A stretch of DNA of 64,000 nt from Podarcis vaucheri. Its lineage: Eukaryota. Under the pieces are notes generated by a model that was given only the letters and a program-made list of their open reading frames with translations, was not told where the DNA came from and searched no databases. The first letter of the stretch is position 1. Each line of letters opens with the position of its first letter. The DNA is taken from NCBI GenBank assembly GCA_965113315.1, contig OZ220363.1. One strand, given 5' to 3'. The translations under genes were made by a program, and so were the position numbers. Shown piece by piece: positions 60,007 through 64,000 of the stretch.

Positions 60007-61011
60007 ATCCTACCTACCTGGGGGTGCAACACAATCCTAAATCCATGTTTGCCTGGGAGGTAACCTGTGTTTCGATGCAGACTGTTTTGATTGCAACCTT
60101 GGTTCCAAGTAAACATGCATAGGATGGGGCTGCGCTTGGGTTCAGAATGGAGATTAGACTCAACTAACTTGGAATTATGCTTAAAACCACAATGTTCTTT
60201 AAGTCCCATAATGATTTCCAGCTCTATTTCTAGATAGAGAGGATCGCAGCTGTCTGAAATTGCTCAAGCTGTTTTCACGGATTGGTCTGTTAACCGGTTT
60301 AGGTCCACACGTTACTACTTCCTGCATTTGTGAATTGCACTCTTTCTTCCAGTTTTCTAGAGCATCTCCCCCCCTTTCTCTGCCTCCCTGCCCCCCACAA
60401 GCGATGTCTCACCTTGCACCAACTTTCATTTTAAATGAAGTACGAGGGTACTACAGGGGTCTTGTTAAATTTATTAGCATATTGCTAGGGCAAAACTGAA
60501 CATAAATCACCAGGCTGCATAAGGCCATAAAATATCCCTCTACAGCTAGTTCCAGCCAAGATTCTGGTGAATAAGAGTTCATATAGGAGTAGGTATCGGT
60601 AACATCTTTCAGATCTATGTGACGTTTTAAACATCTCAGACACACAATAGGATCTATGGAAAGATTAGCTGGGGCTGCTCAGAAAGTGTAGCCATGGTTA
60701 AGTCTTCTCAAATATACAAGAAAAATAAAAGAGAGTTTAAAACCTTTCCTGTTCAATTTCATAATTTATATTAACCCCTTTCTCTGTAGATTGATGGAAA
60801 AGGGAGCAGACCTCACAACTCTCCACATTTGCTACTGCAGGGGTCTTGAATTGGGTTCCACTATGTCCAGAATTTCCTGGACATACCCGGAATACTGCAG
60901 TCCGAAGCAGTGTCGGGGTGGAAATCAGCGAAACGTCCAGGAAAATCTGGACATATGGCAACACATGTTGGCAGTGTCGTTTTTGCCAGTTTTCCTGAAA
61001 AATAGTTTTTC

Positions 61012-61048
61012 GTTTGTTTGTTTGTTTGTTTGTTTGTTTGTTTGTTTG
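61012..61048. repeat. (GTTT)9 microsatellite
   Basis: Direct reading. Confidence 0.9.
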
Positions 61049-61670
61049 TGATTTTGCCAAAAATGCTTCTTGCCAAGAAAAGCCCAACAACACTTCTGTC
61101 TGGATTTTCACTTTTGAATTAAGGTAACCCTAATCTTGAATCCTAAATGCATTATTTTAAAAATAAAAGTCCTGTTGATTTCAAGGAGGAAGAATCATTA
61201 GGCCAACCAGCTGTTGGCTTTTTAAAAAGTAAAATGTTTCTAAGCCATTTTCAAAGATGGAAACAGAAAAGGTTGTTATGCTGATCCCATATGCATCAAG
61301 ATGCACATTAATTGGCCCTCTCCGTTACTCTCTTATTGGCATTTAGATATGGAACATACTGCACTGAAATCAACAAACTTTCCTTCCAAGGAAATGAACA
61401 CAGTGAATGTCAATTGCTATGAAGGCTGAGAAAAGGCAAAGGTTTATTGTGCTGAGAGTTTATTCTGCTGAAATAAGTCCTTGCCTTTGTTGCCAGAGAT
61501 TGCTGTTTTTTGCCACAGTAGACTAACTCAGTGACTTTGCTATACCAGCAGGTCTTCGTAGCAATTATCTATGTCTATTCACAAATAAGCCTTGTTTAGT
61601 TCAATGGGTTTTACTCCCAGGTCAGTTAACTGGATTATGGCCAGTTTACAGTACAGAGGTTTATCTTTTA

Positions 61671-61882
61671 CAGTTGTACCTCGGGTTACAAAGACTTCGG
61701 GTTGCACACTCCGCTAACCCGGAAGTAGTACCTCAGGTTAAGAACTTTACCTCAGGATGAGAACAGAAATGGCACGGCGGCGGGAGGTCCCATTAGCTAA
61801 AGTGGTACTTCAGGTTACAAACAGTTTCAGGTTAAGAACGGACCTCCGGAATGAATTAAGTTCGTAACCAGAGGTACCACTG
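61671..61882. mobile_element. Tc1/mariner-type MITE, copy 3
   Basis: Same family with slightly decayed TIRs; left flank TA, right flank TG. Confidence 0.85.
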
Positions 61883-61900
61883 TGTTCAATTTACTTTCAA

Positions 61901-62047
61901 CATAGAATCATAGAACTGTAGAGTTGGAAGGGACCCTGAGGATCATCTAGTCCAACCCCCTGCAAGGCAGGAATATGTAGCTGTCCTATATGAGGACTGA
62001 ACCTTGGCGTTATCAGCACCGTGCTCTAACCAACTGAGCTATCCAGG
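61901..62047 (-). mobile_element. SINE with tRNA-Ile-like head and CR1-type tail
   Basis: Minus strand reads TAGCTCAGTTGGTTAGAGCACGGTGCTGATAACGCCAAGGT, then ...GGTCCCTTCCAACTCTACAGTTCTATGATTCTATG. Confidence 0.78.
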
Positions 62048-64000
62048 CTCAGATAAAGCAATACATACTGAAAAATATTATGAAGTGTTTAATTATAAGG
62101 AATGTTAGGTTATATCACCAGGATTCAAGCCTGTATGTTCAGAAAGGCTATTTAAAGTTCTAAAACTAACAAGAAAGGGTTCCCATTGGAAGGGGGGGGG
62201 AAGGCACACGTCTCTAGTGAATCAATAAGTGTGTTTAGAAAGAAGTACAGTATGCGAGATGTTTTGATGAGTCAGTGCCAATCATTGGTAAGACACAGAG
62301 AGGCAATTTGATGAGTCAATGTAAGTCATTTGTAACATCTCTGAGGCGGAAGAGAAGTCAAGGCCATGTTTATTGTAGCAAAGCTCTAGTGCAAACAGTT
62401 AAGAAGGATGAAATGTTCTATATTTCCGGCACCCATCCCAATTAAGTACCAATGCTGAGGACAGACTATGACTTCATGTTTCTACTTTTTAAATCGCCAG
62501 AAGAAATAATGGTTGTCAGCAATACAAGGAGATTCTTTTGGTCACTCAACCCTTGAGTATCCCAGGAGCCAGTGATATATTCCCTTAAATAGCACAACAC
62601 CCATTGGCTTGCTCCTTTTGTGGCTGCTTGTCCCAAAACTCATTTCAACATAAACTAGGATCATATTTCAAATGTCAGGATAGCAGAACATATTTTATTG
62701 CCCAAGCTGTAAAAGACTGTAATTCACTGTCAAAGCATGACAAATAATTAAAATACCTATTTCAGATCCCATGTTATTCCTTCTCAGAAGCAGCCAAATC
62801 TGTGACTAGCTCACAGCTTCTTTGCTCTGAGTGGGGGTTGTTTTTAACAATTAATGCTGCAATCCTATACCCACTTACCTGGAAGTTTGCCCCACTGAAC
62901 GCAAGTTAGCATGAATGGGGTTGTGTTTGCAACTTGGTCCTATGCACCAGGAAAGCATGACAATAGCCCTTAGGCTGATTCCATAACTCATATTTGCTAA
63001 GAATTTACAAGATGCTCTATATGAGGAAATAGTATTCTCTTTTGTATGTACTAAACCTCACATTAATCTCCTGAACAGATTAGCAGATTAGCACCCTCCA
63101 TCATGCACCACAGTTCTTGAAGATGCTCTTTCTCCCCAATTTATGGCAAGAAAAGTCCTTCCATTAGGCAACTGCTGAAGTAGCAGATTACAAGTTCCAT
63201 CTTAAATTGCAGCCAAGACTTTGTAAAACAGTGAGTTTCTTTGTTCACAGGACTGTCCTAGGGAGACAATTTTACACATCTAATATTTTACAACTTAATT
63301 CCTGTGACCGTAGCTCTTTTATAATGATAATTAAGAAATACAGACCTTGGATAAAATCCAACTCCGATCATACGTTATTTGGCAGCTTGTACTGAAATTC
63401 CATTTGGGCAAAAGTGTGTGTGTGTTTTCAAACTGTAAAAGCACTTTCCCTTCTATACACATGATATCTCATATACCTACCCACCTATCAAAACTTGAGC
63501 TCTCTAAGCTGCCTTTTGCTATAGTCAACCTTTCCCAGTCCACACTGACAGACCTTATTCCATCCCTTGCCCCAGCAATCAAATTGCTTCTTACTGCTGT
63601 TATGTGAATATGTGGACAATATAACTAGTTTCTTATAATTTTCCAGACAGGCAAAGAATATGAAACATAACATGTTTCTAATTTATCTTTATGTAGCAGT
63701 AGAATAAAAACAAGCAAACCCTATTTCTATTTTATTCTACCATTTATCTCTCTATCTCTCTATCTCTCTATCAGTATTATTGTTCTTCATCAGCACACAG
63801 AAAGTTGGTAGTAATTGTGTTCAATATCAGCAAAGATGAATCTGGGAGAATTCACCCTGCTCAGAGTGAATGGCTGTCTAGAAGCTTGAACAGGACCATG
63901 CCTTTTTGAAGGGAGAATAATGCACTGCAAAAACTTTGTTGAAGATCCCACTGCTGCCACTGCTGCTGCTACCACTACTACTCTGTTACCCACTTTGCAT

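Noticed and set aside
62000-62047. tRNA-Ile-like sequence (and the tRNA-Asn-like sequence at 17002-17074) as tRNA genes
   Set aside because: Incomplete or mutated arms fused to a CR1-type tail; these are SINE heads.

Overview
The window is vertebrate genomic DNA, most likely a squamate reptile (lizard). This is inferred from RTE-BovB, CR1 and L2 fragments, tRNA-derived SINEs and short MITEs. It holds the complete coding region of WT1 (Wilms tumour 1 zinc-finger transcription factor) on the minus strand. There are nine coding exons, equivalent to mammalian exons 1-4 and 6-10, with no mammalian-type exon 5. They run from the ATG at 47246 to the TAG at 867 and give a 1272-nt CDS: 423 aa for +KTS and 420 aa for -KTS. 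All junctions are GT-AG with consistent phases, and the two competing KTS donors are intact. About 17 kb of CpG-rich upstream sequence follows, with no second credible protein-coding gene. The most notable observations are at the 5' end. (1) An in-frame, stop-free leader has a strong-context CTG whose 71-aa product resembles the CUG-initiated WT1 N-terminal extension usually described as mammal-specific. (2) A clean candidate 272-nt intron in that leader would decide which CTG starts survive. Other notes are an expanded poly-Pro tract at a non-mammalian position, a telomeric G-quadruplex motif inside a MITE 4 kb upstream, nuclear-receptor half-site arrays, a ~90-bp hairpin, and two SINEs that share a CR1 tail but have different tRNA heads. 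Comparisons with human WT1 are from memory and need confirming by alignment.
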